NCBI GenBank assembly: GCA_951406725.2
Contig: OX597814.1
Span: forward strand, 182,776,001-182,840,000
DNA: 64,000 nucleotides
Reading direction: 5' to 3'
Source of the DNA: Octopus vulgaris
Lineage: Eukaryota
The position numbers were made by a program, and so were the translations under genes. Below are positions 12,194-24,873 of this stretch, piece after piece (the first letter of the stretch is position 1; every line of letters starts with the position of its first letter). A model generated the notes under the pieces. That model had not been told where the DNA came from and did not search any database. It saw nothing but the letters and a program-made list of their open reading frames with translations.

Positions 12194-12376
12194 ACTTTAT
12201 AGTTACAGAAGATTCGGGCAAAGCTTGTCCACAGTTATTGGCCACTTGATGTCATCATACAGAGGAAACGCACTTGCTTCTGGAATGTACATCAGGAATT
12301 TCACAGTATCTGCAGGATTTATATAAATAGATAAATGAAATGTACTTCATACCATTTTCTATTATTTATCAATCTC

Positions 12377-12377
<1 letters not shown>

Positions 12378-12455
<78 letters not shown>
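12378..12455. repeat. (TATC)n microsatellite
   Basis: Directly visible. Confidence 0.97.
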
Positions 12456-12456
<1 letters not shown>

Positions 12457-12742
12457 GTTAATGTGACATTATTGCCCGAGGTTACTGTGGTCTTTTCGTA
12501 GGTTTTTCTTTCCACAGATAAACCTCCCCATTTCTTGGGAACTTCTTTTTACCATTTTGACTTTTTTTTGCATACATCCCCAACGATTTCGATCCCTTTT
12601 GATCGTTGTCTTTTCTTTTTGCCGCCCCACTCGAAAAGAAAAACTCTACATTCTAATTGTCTCCTCTGTGTCAAGCCCTGTGTGGCCAATAAAGAAAGTT
12701 ATCTATCTATGAATGAATGTATGCAAGGTGTGCGCGCGCGCA

Positions 12743-12775
<33 letters not shown>

Positions 12776-12847
12776 TCATCTGCCGCTACGTTCTGAGTTC
12801 AAATTCTGCCAATGTCGACTTTGCTTTTCATCCTTTCGTTCAGTTAG

Positions 12848-13110
12848 GCGCATAAATTAGTTTGATGGTTGTGCTCTGATTCGCTGTATGCAAATGAATT
12901 CATAACTGGGGTTCGGAACTCTCGTGGGAAAAAAATTCACTTCCTGGATGTCCTTTCAACGGCTTTATAGCGCATCGGCCAGTCTCACTGATGTGAGGCC
13001 CTCGCTTACTCGATTGACTCATTTATTCGATCTTAAGCATTTCAGGACCATAATGACAGCAATTTTTACGATAAAAACAGGAAGTATCGCTGTTGATCTT
13101 GCGTCACGTA
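12848..13110 (+). repeat. Unclassified ~260-bp dispersed repeat, copy 1
   Basis: Near-identical to 17661-17919; ORFs 12924..13115 and 17682..17942 translate almost identically. Confidence 0.85.
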
Positions 13111-13752
13111 ACTAAACACTTTTAAACTTCGTATAAACTTTGCATAAAAGGAAAAGAATACATAATATCACATTTGAAACTAATTGGCCTTAATTTATAT
13201 TTCCTATTTTATAATGGTAGTGTGTGTAAGAAAAATAATTGTCTGCTTTCTTCTAACAAATCAAGTTATTGTGTAATTGTACTTCATTTAACCTAGGTCA
13301 CACGTAAGGATATTTTCATTGAATGCTCTTGCAACTGCTAAAAACTGCTAAAGACTAAACCAGCAAGTAAGAGTAGAGCCTGTGTGAGTGTTGTGCTTTA
13401 TTATTTTCTTGTTTTTGTTGATGGGAAAAGGTGGTTTGTTCAATCAAAGAAACAGGAACAAACAGAACTACATGCATTGCACAAGAGAACGATACAATGA
13501 CTTTTCAGATTTCTACTCACTCACGTGATTTATAGAGCCCCCCCCCAACTACAGTTGTTGAAATTTAAGAAATAACACAGGAAATGAAGATGTTACTTAC
13601 ACCACCAAACCACCACTACCACCTGTTTTCATTTGTCCTTACAAACAGGGTTATTAGTCAGGTATGTCATGACTGTTAGTATATAAACTTGTTTCTCTTG
13701 TGCTTTGCTGTTCACAAAAGTATTTGAGTAAAAGTTGTGTTTTATATGTTTC

Positions 13753-14329
13753 TTATTTCTTTATTGCTCACAAGGGGCTAAACATAGAGGGAACAAACAA
13801 GGACAGACAAAGGGATTAAGTCGATTACATCGAACCCCAGGATGAAAGGCAAAGTCAACCTCGGTGGAATTTGAACTCAGAATGTAGCGGCAGACGGAAT
13901 ACTTATTTCTTTACTCCCACAAGGGGCTAAACGCAGAGAGGACAAACAAGAACAGTCAAAGGTGACAAAGGGATTAAGTCGATTATATCGACCCCAGTGC
14001 GTAACTAGTACTTATTTAATCGACCCCGTAAGGATGAAAGGTAAAGTCGACCCCGGCGGAATTTGAACACAGAACGTAGCGGCAGACGAAATACCTATTT
14101 CTTTACTACCCACAAGGGGCTAAACACAGAGGGGACAAACAAGGACAGACAAACGGATTAAGTCGATTACATCGACGCCAGTGCGTAACTGGTACTTAAT
14201 TTATCGACCTCGGAAAGGATGAAAAACAAAGTCGACATTGGCAGAATTTGAACTCAGAACGTAGCGGCAGATGAAATACCGCAAAGCATTTCGCCCGGCG
14301 TGCTAACGTTTCTGCCAGCTCGCCGCCTT
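13753..14329 (-). mobile_element. Meta-domain-like SINE, head plus 3 units (distal unit has a deletion)
   Basis: Reverse complement of the unit seen three times; head ends CTCGCCGCCTT at 14329; degenerate TSD TGTTTTATAT.TTTC. Confidence 0.88.
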
Positions 14330-14509
14330 AATATATTTGTTTTATATATTTCTGTCTAGAAGTTCCATGTCCTAAAAGCATATTAGCATATAGGGATTCT
14401 AAACTACCTGTTTTTTGGAGGTAGAATTTGTTTGGTGTTTGTTTATAAAATTTCTTCAAATTCTGTTCTAGATATATGCTAAAGTTAGGCTGATATAGGT
14501 GTGTATATA

Positions 14510-14890
14510 TCTCTCTCTATATAAACGGCAGTTTGTCTGTGCGTTTTCTGTGTGTCTGTTTGCTTGTACCCTCACCCTGACCACGGCTTTCAACCGATTC
14601 TGATGAAACTTGACACACTCATAACCCAATGTCATAATTCAAAACTAACGCAGCGAAAATTTTGAAAAGTTCCCCAGTTCTGAAAAAAATCGATAAATTC
14701 GACATGGGGTCGAGAATCAGAAACACAAACCACAGACTGTCTAGGGGACGCAACTCCACCTTTTTAACTCTCAAAAAAATTTACCATCATTTTTTTCCCA
14801 TCTTTTGGCTATATTTTGGCTATAATTATCTAAAAATGCTTTATAGTTATTTCCCTTACAAATCCGAGCAACGCCGGGCGATACTGCTAG
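14510..14890 (+). mobile_element. Non-autonomous Helitron, family B
   Basis: A|TC start, 3' hairpin CCGAGCAACGCCGGG plus CTAG|T; near-identical to 60426-60799. Confidence 0.82.
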
Positions 14891-15231
14891 TATTAAAATT
14901 CAATATTTTCAAGAATACTAAATAATTAAGTGTAACTGTTCTTTCAATAGTTCTTTTGATGTGAGTACAATGGTTCATTAGTTTGACCGAGTTGCTATGA
15001 AAATGATTCATCAGGAGTCAGCGAAGATAAGTCAAAGCGATTTTTCATGAATTTCAATACCTTTAGTAAGAACACTCTTGTCATACCGAATCTCAGCTCT
15101 GTAATCGTGTTTCACGTTATGATATTTGTTGCGTTATCTTATCAACTACAAGGTAGACAAATGTGACTACATTAAGGATTTGATTCCAATAGCTCAATTT
15201 AGATTAAAAGGTTGTTTTCCCACATAATAAC

Positions 15232-15526
15232 TGTTACACATTCATATGTATGTGTTTGCGCATGCCAAATTGCTCCCCACTCTTGGCACTATTTGTTAGT
15301 GAACAGTACAAACTGTGTGTAAAGTATATAATGTATTACTACGCCGAATGTTGTCGTCCGTGTAACATGTAAAGATAATAAACACGTAAACATAACAATG
15401 GTTTTCAATTGGTTGTCCATCCCATTAGAACCCAAAATACACACAACATGGTGGCAGCGGTAAATAAAGAAACGGAAACTGTGCCTTTACAACAAATCTG
15501 AAACACATACATATGAATGTGTAACA
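15232..15526. mobile_element. 295-bp TG...CA element with 26-bp TIRs, 5-bp TSD and internal PBS-like motif
   Basis: TGTTACACATTCATATGTATGTGTTT at 15232-15257 and its exact reverse complement at 15501-15526; ATAAC on both sides; CA|TGGTGGCAGCGG at 15447-15461. Confidence 0.75.
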
Positions 15527-15539
15527 ATAACGTTACCTT

Positions 15540-16128
15540 TTTCTTTACTACACACATGGGGCTAAACACAGAGAGGATAAACAAGGACACACAAACGGAT
15601 TAAGTCGATTACATCGACCCCAGCACTTATTCAATCGACCCCGAAAGGATGAAAGGCAAAGTCGACCTCGGCGGAATTTGAACTCAGAACGTAGCGGCAG
15701 ACGAAATACCTATTTCTTTATTACCCACAGGGGGCTAAACACAGAGGAGACAAACAAAGACAGACAAACGGATTAAGTCGATTATATCGACCCCTGTACG
15801 TAACTGGTACTTAATTTATCGACCCCCGAAAGGATGAAAGGCAAAGTCGACCTCGGCGGAATTTGAACTCAGAACGTAGCGGCAGACGAAATACCTATTT
15901 CTCTCTCTACCCACAAGAGGCTAAACACAGAGAGGACAAACAACGACAGACAAACGGATTAAGTCGATTAAATCGACCCCAGTGTGTAACTGGTACTTAT
16001 TTAATCGACCCCGAAAGGATGAAAAGTAAAGTCGACCTCGACGGAATTTGAACTCAGAACGTAACGGCAGACGAAATACGGCTACGCATTTCGCCCGGCG
16101 TGCTAACGTTTCTACCAGCTCGCCACCT
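15540..16128 (-). mobile_element. Meta-domain-like SINE, head plus 3 units
   Basis: Three reverse-complement units followed by the head. Confidence 0.88.
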
Positions 16129-16129
16129 T

Positions 16130-16900
16130 GTTTCATGATAACATTACCGATGCACTTTTTCAACAGAACCTTTCAGGGTGAGGAAAGTGACATTGGCATG
16201 CTCATTACTGTAGCTATTTTCCGAGAAATGAAGAAGAGGCGTCGACGAAGTGTCAAGTTTGTGGTTGTATACAATAAGAATGGCATCAATTGTTTAGGCA
16301 TTGAGCAGAAAAGTTCCCCATGCAGAGAAATGTAGAATTTTAATGTCACGCTGTTCCATGATACAAATGTTATGGTCACCCAGGGCGGTGAGCTGGCAGA
16401 AACGTTAGCACGCCGGGCGAAATGCGTAGCCGTATTTCGTCTGTCGTTACGTTCTGAGTTCAAATTCCGCCGAGGTCGACTTTGCCTTTAATCCTTTCGG
16501 GGTCGATAAATTAAGTACCAGTTACGTACTGGGGTCAATGTAAACGACTTAATCCCTTTGTCTGTCCTTGTTTGTCCCCTCTGTGTTTAGCCCCTTGTGG
16601 GTAGTAACCACCTCCCAAAAAAAACAAAACAAAAAACAAACAAACAAACAAATGTTATGGTCACCCTACCCATTACCAGAAGAGGAGTATGGGGTCGAAA
16701 GGCTGATCGGGACACCTTTATTATGTAAGACAGTCTTCAGTTCTTTACGTAGAGTAGACATATTCAGAAATACCTCACACAATACATACGAACGCTATCA
16801 GAGAACAATGCTGTACAAAGGAAACTCTAAAACACCTGTAAAGGTGTACAAAGTTTTTGTCTCAGTAGGTTTTGTTGAACCAATTGAAGCACTTGGTGCT
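16130..16900 (+). pseudogene. Possible highly decayed piggyBac-like transposase remnant, split by a SINE
   Basis: DIGMLITV and FVVVYNKNGI loosely resemble piggyBac V.MLST and V..YN..MGGVD motifs; by-eye similarity only. Confidence 0.25.
16382..16650 (+). mobile_element. Meta-domain-like SINE, head plus 1 unit with A/CAAA-rich tail
   Basis: 19-bp TSD ACAAATGTTATGGTCACCC on both sides. Confidence 0.9.
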
Positions 16901-17660
16901 GCATTGTTGTTATTTTCTTTCTTCCCTTTGTTTTTTTTTATTTTTTGTTCTTGTTTTTATTTTGTAAAATATATTCCTGTTCATGGTTTGAATAAAATAT
17001 TTGCAATTTAATGCACATAAACTTCGCATAAATACCACAAAAAATGAATATTTACGAATAATTGCGAAAATGCATAAATTTACATAACATTTGGAAACAC
17101 CTTGCTTTTGTAAGGGTAGTTAGTCGAGAACTCCGCTTACCGAACACCAATAAGTTTCAAGGTTAAACAGGAGCCAATGCACGCAGTTTCCCGGGCGCGA
17201 AATTTTTTCCTACGAAAGTTCCGGACCCCAGCAATGAACTCATTTGCATGCAGCCAATCAGAGCTCACCTTGGCCATGCCAAGTTAACAAACACACTCTA
17301 CCAAATAAACTCAAGACGAAAAACGGTATTGTAAGTCGACCGATCGCCAAGTTATGCCTGATTTTAGAAGGAGACAAGTAATTAGATAGATTTGCATCTA
17401 TACCCATTATCGGCATCTATACCCATTTTGTTAGGCCCCCATATGGTAAAGATGTGAATGGGGAAAATGTGAGTAGAGGGTGATGCGCTAGCAATCCTCT
17501 CCTCTTACTGTTTTACAAAGTAAACAACATCACAAATAACTACGCAGAGGCAATCATGGTTGAAACTAGAACAAGAACAACAAGCATTATTAAAAAAGAA
17601 AAGAAGCATTGTCATTCCTTACCCAAGTGACCTTATCTTATCGCCTTTCACTTGTTATGC

Positions 17661-17919
17661 GCGCATAAATTAGTTTGATAGTTGTGCTCTGATTCGCTGT
17701 ATGCAAATGAGTTCATAACTGGGGTTCGGAACTCTCGTGGGAAAAAATTCACTTCCTGGATGTCCTTTCAACGTCTTTATAGCGCATCGGCCAGTCTCAC
17801 TGATGTGAGGCCCTCGCTTACTCGATTGACTCATTTATTCGATCTTAAGCATTTCGGGACCATAATGACAGCAATTTTTACGATAAAAACAGGAAGTATC
17901 GCTGTTGATCTTGCGTCAC
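17661..17919 (+). repeat. Unclassified ~260-bp dispersed repeat, copy 2 (diverged inverted partial copy at 17200-17270)
   Basis: Matches 12848-13110; contains ATGCAAAT. Confidence 0.85.
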
Positions 17920-18030
17920 ATGATCGTACATTATACATTTAAAAATATGTGCTTCACCTACAAAAATGTTTCGTAAATATGATGCAAAAATTTGCACTGT
18001 CACTTGCTCCACTAATCATTGGTACCCCTA

Positions 18031-18355
18031 GTGAAGGCGCGTGGCTTAGTGGTTAGGGGCATTCGGCTCATGCTCGTAATTCGTGAGTTCAATTCCCGGC
18101 GGTACGTCGTGTCCTTGAGCAAGACATTTTATTTCACGTTGCTCCAGTCCACTCAGCTGGCAAAAATGAGTAGTACCTGTATTTCAAAGGGCCGGCCTTG
18201 TCACACTCTGTGTCACGCTGAATCTCCCCGAGAACTACGTAAAGGGTATACGTGTTTGTGGAGTGCTCAGCCACTTGCACGTTAATTTCACGAGCATGCT
18301 GTTCCGTTGATCGTATCAGCTGGGACCCTCGTCGTCGCAACCGACGGAGTTCTCC
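18031..18355 (+). mobile_element. Full-length tRNA-derived SINE with V-like domain
   Basis: A box TGGCTTAGTGG, B box GAGTTCAATTCCC, GTGTCCTTGAGCAAGACA core; TSD TGGTACC.CTAG; related copies at 26893-27192 and 40443-40745. Confidence 0.88.
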
Positions 18356-18477
18356 TGGTACCTCTAGCAAAGTTTACTCTTTTTAAATTATTCGGTCCAG
18401 ACCTATACTTTCCCAGCCCTAGATCTTTCCCTCAGACTTTGGGCGTGTCAACTGTACCATCAATATTATCAATGTGT

Positions 18478-18695
18478 AAGGTAGTGAGCGGACAGAATCG
18501 TTAGCATGCCGGGCAAAATGCTTAGCAGTATTTCGTCTGTCTTTACATTGTAAGCTCAAATTCCTTCGAGATCGACTTTGACTTTCATCCTTTCCGGATA
18601 GATAAAATAAATACCAGCTGAACACTGGGGTCGATGTAACCGACATATCCCCTTCCCCGAAATTGTTGACCTTGAGCCAAAGTTTGAAATCAATA
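18478..18695 (+). mobile_element. Older Meta-domain-like SINE monomer with short tail
   Basis: Diverged head and domain; flanking repeat ATCAATATTATCAATGTGTAA; similar copies at 46837-47050, 51440-51870 and 55210-55415. Confidence 0.8.
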
Positions 18696-18894
18696 TTATC
18701 AATGTGTAATATCCTACGAGGATCATATGTGCAACATCTCTTCCAATGAATGACTCATCAAAACATATGTTGTTTATCTGTTGTAACAATTATTATAATA
18801 AGTGGCTTGTTTTTAAATTTTAAACAGAGGGATTTTTAAAATATTGATTGCATGAATGATTTCAGTTCACCGAACTTTGTCAGCTCACTATTTT

Positions 18895-19185
18895 TTCCAT
18901 AGTAGATAGGATGTTGAACTCATGACAGCGAGATCGTGGTGTCGATTCTCAGACCGGCGGTGCGTTGTGTTCTTGAGCAAAACACTCCATTTCACGTCGC
19001 TCTAGTCAACCCAGCTGTAAATGGATAACCCTGCAACGAACTGGCGTTCTGCTCAGGGGGAATGTTGACCTGCCCCCCTAATCAGCGAGGTGACATCATT
19101 TGAAAGATACAACAATATGAAGAATCGCATTGTATTCAGCGGTGTAACACAACATCCGATAGTCTGATCGATACAATGATACAAT
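18895..19185 (+). mobile_element. V-like SINE with a third tail type
   Basis: TTCTTGAGCAAAACACT core plus CCCTGC.A.GAACTGGCGTTC tail shared with 44618-44915. Confidence 0.7.
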
Positions 19186-20224
19186 GATTTTACGTATGTA
19201 AAGCCCTTACCATATTTTCATATAGTAGGCAGAATGATGCCTTGTGGTATTTTATCTCAACTCTATTGTTGGTAATCATAATCAGTATCACTTACTGTCT
19301 CTCTATTTCTATATATACTGATCACCTCCAAATCTTGCCCACTGAGCTGAATATGCGTCACTGAAGAGACCTGATAACTTTGAAACATGTCCGTTGCCTT
19401 CACTAATTGGTTTTAACGACAACGGCTACGACAATATAAATCTGTCTGATTTATATTGATTATACAAACGACAACAATATATATTGTATGGTATATATAT
19501 TTTTATTGTCGATATATATTTATATATTTATATTGTCGACAACGACAATATAAATCTGTCTGATTTATATTGGTTTTAAATTTTTGCACAAGGCCAGCAA
19601 TTTCGGAGGAGGGCATAAGTCGATTATGTCAATCCTAGTATTCAGATGGTACTTACGTATTTTATCAACCCCGGTGGCTTTTGAACTCAACGTGAAGACG
19701 GACGAAATGTCAATTCGCCGCCTTCTGTCTGATTTATAACTGTCGAAAATTTCTATAAAATCTTCTAAGAATTATCTCCTTTGCTTGTTGATTTACGAGT
19801 TTAACCCTTTTGTTATCATACTCCTGTGGAAATACCCTGCCTTTATTTTAATTAATTATGGAAATAAATGAAGAATTTAGAAAAAGGAATGTATTAGTTT
19901 GACGCTCAGTAAAAAGAGTTTCTGACGTTTCGAGCAAAGCTCTTCGTCGGAAGGGAGAAAGTGAAAAGTTCAAAGAAGGAAAAGAAATCACCAACAGTAC
20001 GTGTGTAGTTATACTTCCGACTGATTTGGAGTACCTGGTTCATGGATTTTCTTGCTCTACCCTTGGATTATGTTACCTTTAAATTCCTTCGGAGTACGTC
20101 GTTTCTGCACCTTTGATTGTGAATCATTTTAATTTGTCATCATTAAGCTGGCTTTAGTAAATAAATTTACATGAAAGTTTACTGGACGATTTTAATTTTG
20201 ATCGCAATAAATAAAAGTTTGAAT

Positions 20225-20576
20225 CACAAAACCATTTCTATAAAAGAAATGGAGAAACGTTCAAAATACAAAGACCTGGAAATAGAGGTAACTCGAATGC
20301 GGAGTCTAAAAACAGAAGTAATTCCTATCATAGTGGGCGCATTAAGTATGATAAAAAAAATAGTGAGACAAATACATAACAAAAACACCAGATCTAATAA
20401 ATATATATATAACGTACAGAAAATAGCACTACTAGGCACTGCACACATCCTACGTAAAACACTTTCGATACAGTAACCATAAGAGCATCACAACAAACCA
20501 CAGCACATACCCAAGGCACACAGAGCTGTGTTCGGTAGTGAAGTGAAAGCACGTTATAAAATAAGACTACTGAATG

Positions 20577-20618
<42 letters not shown>
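20225..20618 (+). mobile_element. 5'-truncated R4/Dong-like non-LTR retrotransposon 3' end with (TAA)n tail
   Basis: EK.SKYKDLEIEV, PIIVGAL, LLGTAHILR (restriction-like endonuclease C-terminus), then 3' UTR and (TAA)n; matches 28186-28750. Confidence 0.85.
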
Positions 20619-20621
<3 letters not shown>

Positions 20622-21799
20622 GATATAAACGAGAGTGAACGAACATTAACAACCAAAACAGTTTCTAAAATGGGTAGAAAGACATACGAAGTGCTGAAGA
20701 GTGGGGAGAAGAATCGGTTCGATCGATGCTTGACTGATTCCTATTTGAAGGACCCCGAGAAGACGAGATGTGAAGTTGGACCTGGCAGGATTTTAACAGA
20801 GTGCTAGTCACCGTTATCGATGTTGTTCAGCTCCAAATCAACCTCAACAGAAAAACGCATTCAGGACTACATTATCCAATGTGTACTTTTTTTTTAAGAC
20901 AGTAGAGTTGTATTTTAGGTAAGTTTAGCTGTTGATTCTAACATGTCGAGAGACCATGTAGAAGTTTCCTCATTTGTTCCCTCCATTATTTTCTTCCTAT
21001 GTATTTCAAATACCCCTCTTAATCAATCTCTTGTAGCACTCCGTCCTCACATAACTGTTCGTTTTTCACTCTCCTGTTTGCTTCAAACTCTCCTCTGTAC
21101 ATAATAAGTTATTTCACCGTCTATAGCTACTCCATTACCTTTCCTTTAATAACGGTAACTTAGAGGAAGACGTATAATCGATTATATTGGCATTAAACAC
21201 TTAATAGGTACTGATTTTATTGACAACCCACTTCCACTCCAGAAGTATGAAGAACAAAGAAGCCAAACTTGGCCTGTTTTGAACTCAGAACGTAAAGGGA
21301 AGAAAGATCGATAAAAAGAAAATTAGGTTGGGAGTTTTTGTAGTTTTTTTTTCTGGACGTTTTTGTGGAGAGGGTATGTTTTTCGTCCTGCACCCAACCG
21401 AGCCAGTGACACCACCACCCTTCCGAAACAACAATAGCAACAGCATTAACAATATTATCAAAAATTAATTTATGCAAATCGACAATCATTAGGAGATAGG
21501 ACAAAATAAAATGCAACGTTTCTTCCTGTCGTCTGCGCTTTGAGTTCAGATCTCGCCGAGGTTAATTATGCTTTTCATTCTTTCGGGATCGATAAAATAC
21601 AAAACCAATTTAGAGAAGTGAATTGGTGGATTTGTTAAAGCGTAGAGCCAGATGCCTTACGGTATTTGTTCCGAAGACCTTTGCGTTCTGAATTCTTGGA
21701 TGGTAGACTTTACCTGTTGCTTCATTTAATAGCGCCGCATACTCATTAGAAGCCTTTAAAAGAGTTCGCTCAATTGCAAGTAATTGGTTTAGGAGTCCC

Positions 21800-22738
21800 T
21801 GCAGCAAGCTGGCAGAAACGTTAGCATGCCGGGCAAAATGCTAAGCGGTATTTCGTCTGCCGTTACGTTCTGAGTTCAAATTCCGCCGAGGTCGATTTTG
21901 CCTTTCATCCTCTCGGGGTCGATAAATTAAGTACCAGTTACGCACTGGGGTCGATGTAATCGACTTAATCCGTTTGTCTTTCCTTGTTTGTCCACTCTAT
22001 GCTTAGCCCCTTGTTGGTAGTAAAGAAATAGGTATTTTGTCTGCCGCTGCGTTCTGAGTTCAAATTCCGCCGAGGTCGACTTTGCCTTTCGTCCTTTCGG
22101 GGTCGATAAATTAAGTACCAGTTACGCTCTGGTTCGATGTAATCGACTTAATCCGTTTGTCTGTCCTTGTTTGTCTACTCTATGCTTAGCCCCTTGTGGG
22201 TAGTAAAGAAATTGGTATTTTGTCTGCCGCTGCGTTCTGAGTTCAAATTCCGCCGAGGTCGACTTTGCCTTTCATCCTTTCGGGGTCGATTAAATAAGTA
22301 CCAGTTACGCACTGGGGTCGATCTAATCGACTTAGTCCGTTTGTCTGTCCTTGTTTGTCCTCTCTGTGTGTAGCCCCTATGGGTAGTAAAGAAATAGGTA
22401 TTTCATCTGTCTTTATGTTCTGAGTTCAAATTCCGCCAAGTCTGACTTTGCCTTTCATCCTTTCGGGGTCGATAAATTAAGTACCAGTTACACACTGGGG
22501 TCGATATAATCGACTTTATCCGTTTGTCTGTCCTTGTTTGTCCTCTCTGTGTTTAGCCCCTGTGGGTAGTAAAGAAATAGGTATTTCATCTGTCTTTATG
22601 TTCTGAGTTGAAATTCCGCCAAGGTCGACTTTGCCTTTCATTCTTTCGGAGTCGATAAATTAAGTACCAGTTGCGTACTGGGGTTGATCTAATCAACTGA
22701 CCCCTCCCCCAAAATTTCGGGCCTAGAGTAGAAAAGTG
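21800..22738 (+). mobile_element. Meta-domain-like SINE, head plus 5 units (last unit has the short tail type)
   Basis: Five GAGTT(C/G)AAATTCCGCC blocks at ~184-bp spacing; degenerate TSD TAGGA.TC.CTG. Confidence 0.9.
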
Positions 22739-23261
22739 TAGGACTCTCTGGCCTGACAGCTTTGCAACTTCATCTCTTCCTTTCAATCTCTGAAACCCCG
22801 GAATAATAAAAGAACATGTTTTTCCCTTCTTGTATAAACGATAAAATAAATAGTGAGTGATGGAATAATGTAATAGAAAGATTTGCTAATAATAACGGGT
22901 AGAATTATTACATAGAGTGACAACATTCAAGTTGGAAGTTGCAGCCTTCATCCATTTCCAAGCGTTTTCCATTATAATTCCAGTCTCAAATAGGCTGCAT
23001 TATAGAAATATAAGTCAAATCCAGTACTTGACTGATATTATATTTTATCGGCCCTAGAAAAGGGAACGGAAAAGTTGATTCCAACGATATAATTGTATCG
23101 TTGATTTATGTGTCCCTGGGGCATTCAGTGGGTTTCCACGCAGCTTCTGTTCACCCACTTTCACTCATAAGGTTTTGCGGGGGCGACTAAACTATGATAA
23201 GAAAAAAAAAAAAAACACTTGCCACGTTGCCATATATTGGGATCGAACCCGGGCCCAATAA

Positions 23262-23677
23262 CTTATTTCTTTACTACCCACAAGGGGCTAAACATAGAGA
23301 GGACAAACAAGGACAGACAAACGGATTAAGTCGATTATATCGACTCCAGTGCGTAACTGGTACTTAATTAATCGACCCCGAAAGGATGAAAGCAAAGTCG
23401 ACCTCGGCGGAATTTGAACTCAGAACGTAGCGGCAGACAAAATACCTATTTCTTTATTACCCACGAGGGGCTAAACATAGAGGGGACAAACAAGGACAGA
23501 CATAGGTATTAAGTCGATTACATCGACCCCAGTGCGTAACTGGTACTTAATTTATCGACCCCGAAAGGATGAAAGGCAAAGTCGACCTCGGCGGAATTTG
23601 AACTCACAACGTAACGGCAGCCGAAATACCGCTAAGCATTTCGCCCGACGTGCTAACGATTCTGCCAGCTCGCCGCT
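23262..23677 (-). mobile_element. Meta-domain-like SINE, head plus 2 units, nested in an old CORE-like SINE (~23140-23730)
   Basis: TSD CCCGGGCCCAATAACT on both sides. Confidence 0.92.
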
Positions 23678-24176
23678 CTCCCGGGCCCAATAACTGCGAA
23701 GAGAATCGCTCAACTATACGATCATGCCTGTGTTTTGAGTAAGAAAAAAAACACATTATATAAGGTGATAAGGATTCCCCCCAAAATGGATAGTTGCAAC
23801 TGGAATTCTTTTGCTCATAGGCCTTACGGGTTTAAATTCTTTTGGCCATAAGTTTGGGTTGACTTGGGGGCTAAACAACATTACACTAAACTATACTACA
23901 CAACACAAAATGATCAAAACTACATGACCCAATGCGGAAACTTCTAAAATTTTACATCTTGTAAAAAAAAACAACCCATTATACTCTAAGTACACTCTTC
24001 CAGAAGATAAAATGGTACGGTCATAACTACAGTGGTCTATGATCATAAATCTGTCTTTGGAGGCTGACTTTGAGTTGAACAACGACAGCATCAATAGCAC
24101 TATTGTAAACCAGGTTTTCATAGAATATAGAATGTACGTTGAACTATATAACACTACACAATACTATCTGCCCATA

Positions 24177-24546
24177 AGGCGGCGAGCTGGCAGAAACGTT
24201 AGCACGACGGGTGAAATGCTTAATGGTATTACGTTCTGAGTTCAAATTCCGCCGAGGTTGACTTTACCTTTCATCCTTTCGGGGGTCGATTAAATAAGAA
24301 CCAGTTACGCACTGGGTCGATATAATCGACTTAATCCGTTTGTCCTCTCTATGTTTAGCCCCTTGTGGGTAGTAAAGAAATAGGTATTTCGTCTGTCTTT
24401 ACGATTTGAGTTCAAATTCCGCCGAGGTCGACTGTGCCTTTCATCCTTTCAGGGTCGATAAATTAAGTACCAGTTACGTACTGGGGTCGATCTAATCGAC
24501 TGGCCCCCTCCTCCAAAATTTCGGGCCTTGTGCCTAGAGTAGAAAG
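24177..24546 (+). mobile_element. Meta-domain-like SINE, head plus 2 units (second unit has the short tail)
   Basis: TSD AATACTATCTGCCCAT. Confidence 0.9.
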
Positions 24547-24873
24547 GAATACTATCTGCCCATCCTTCTGCGCCCACTATTCCTGTAAGGGTCATGGGAG
24601 TAAATACCTCGGGCGTCTCCTCCATAGGGACCTTTCAGAAACAACTGCCATTGCACTTTCCGTCTAGACTCCCAAGCATGACCAACGGAGTCTGGATATT
24701 ATTGGATATTATTCTGGGCCTACTCCCAAAGTCTCCTGTTTGTTGGCTCAGCTTCAGGAATTCATGTTGCGACTCTTTCCTGCGACATTGTAATTACTTG
24801 TCCGCAGTGCTGGAGTTGTGGAAAAGTGGTAGTTCGACCTGGAAAGCCTCCCTGACCTCCAAGCTATGCAGCC

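Noticed and set aside
12200-12320. Minus-strand reading DTVKFLMYIPEASAFPLYDDIKWPITVDKLCPNLL as a terminal exon
   Set aside because: Short, with no recognisable homology and a weak acceptor; needs BLASTX or RNA-seq
13625-13667. 13-nt microexon (pyrimidine tract-CAG|GGTTATTAGTCAG|GTATGT)
   Set aside because: Splice-like signals of this quality arise by chance; not frame-preserving and no supporting exons
21850-22035. Hammerhead inside the 184-bp SINE unit
   Set aside because: No CUGANGA core on either strand; only simple hairpins (CCAGT-TACGC-ACTGG, GTCGAT-NNN-ATCGAC)
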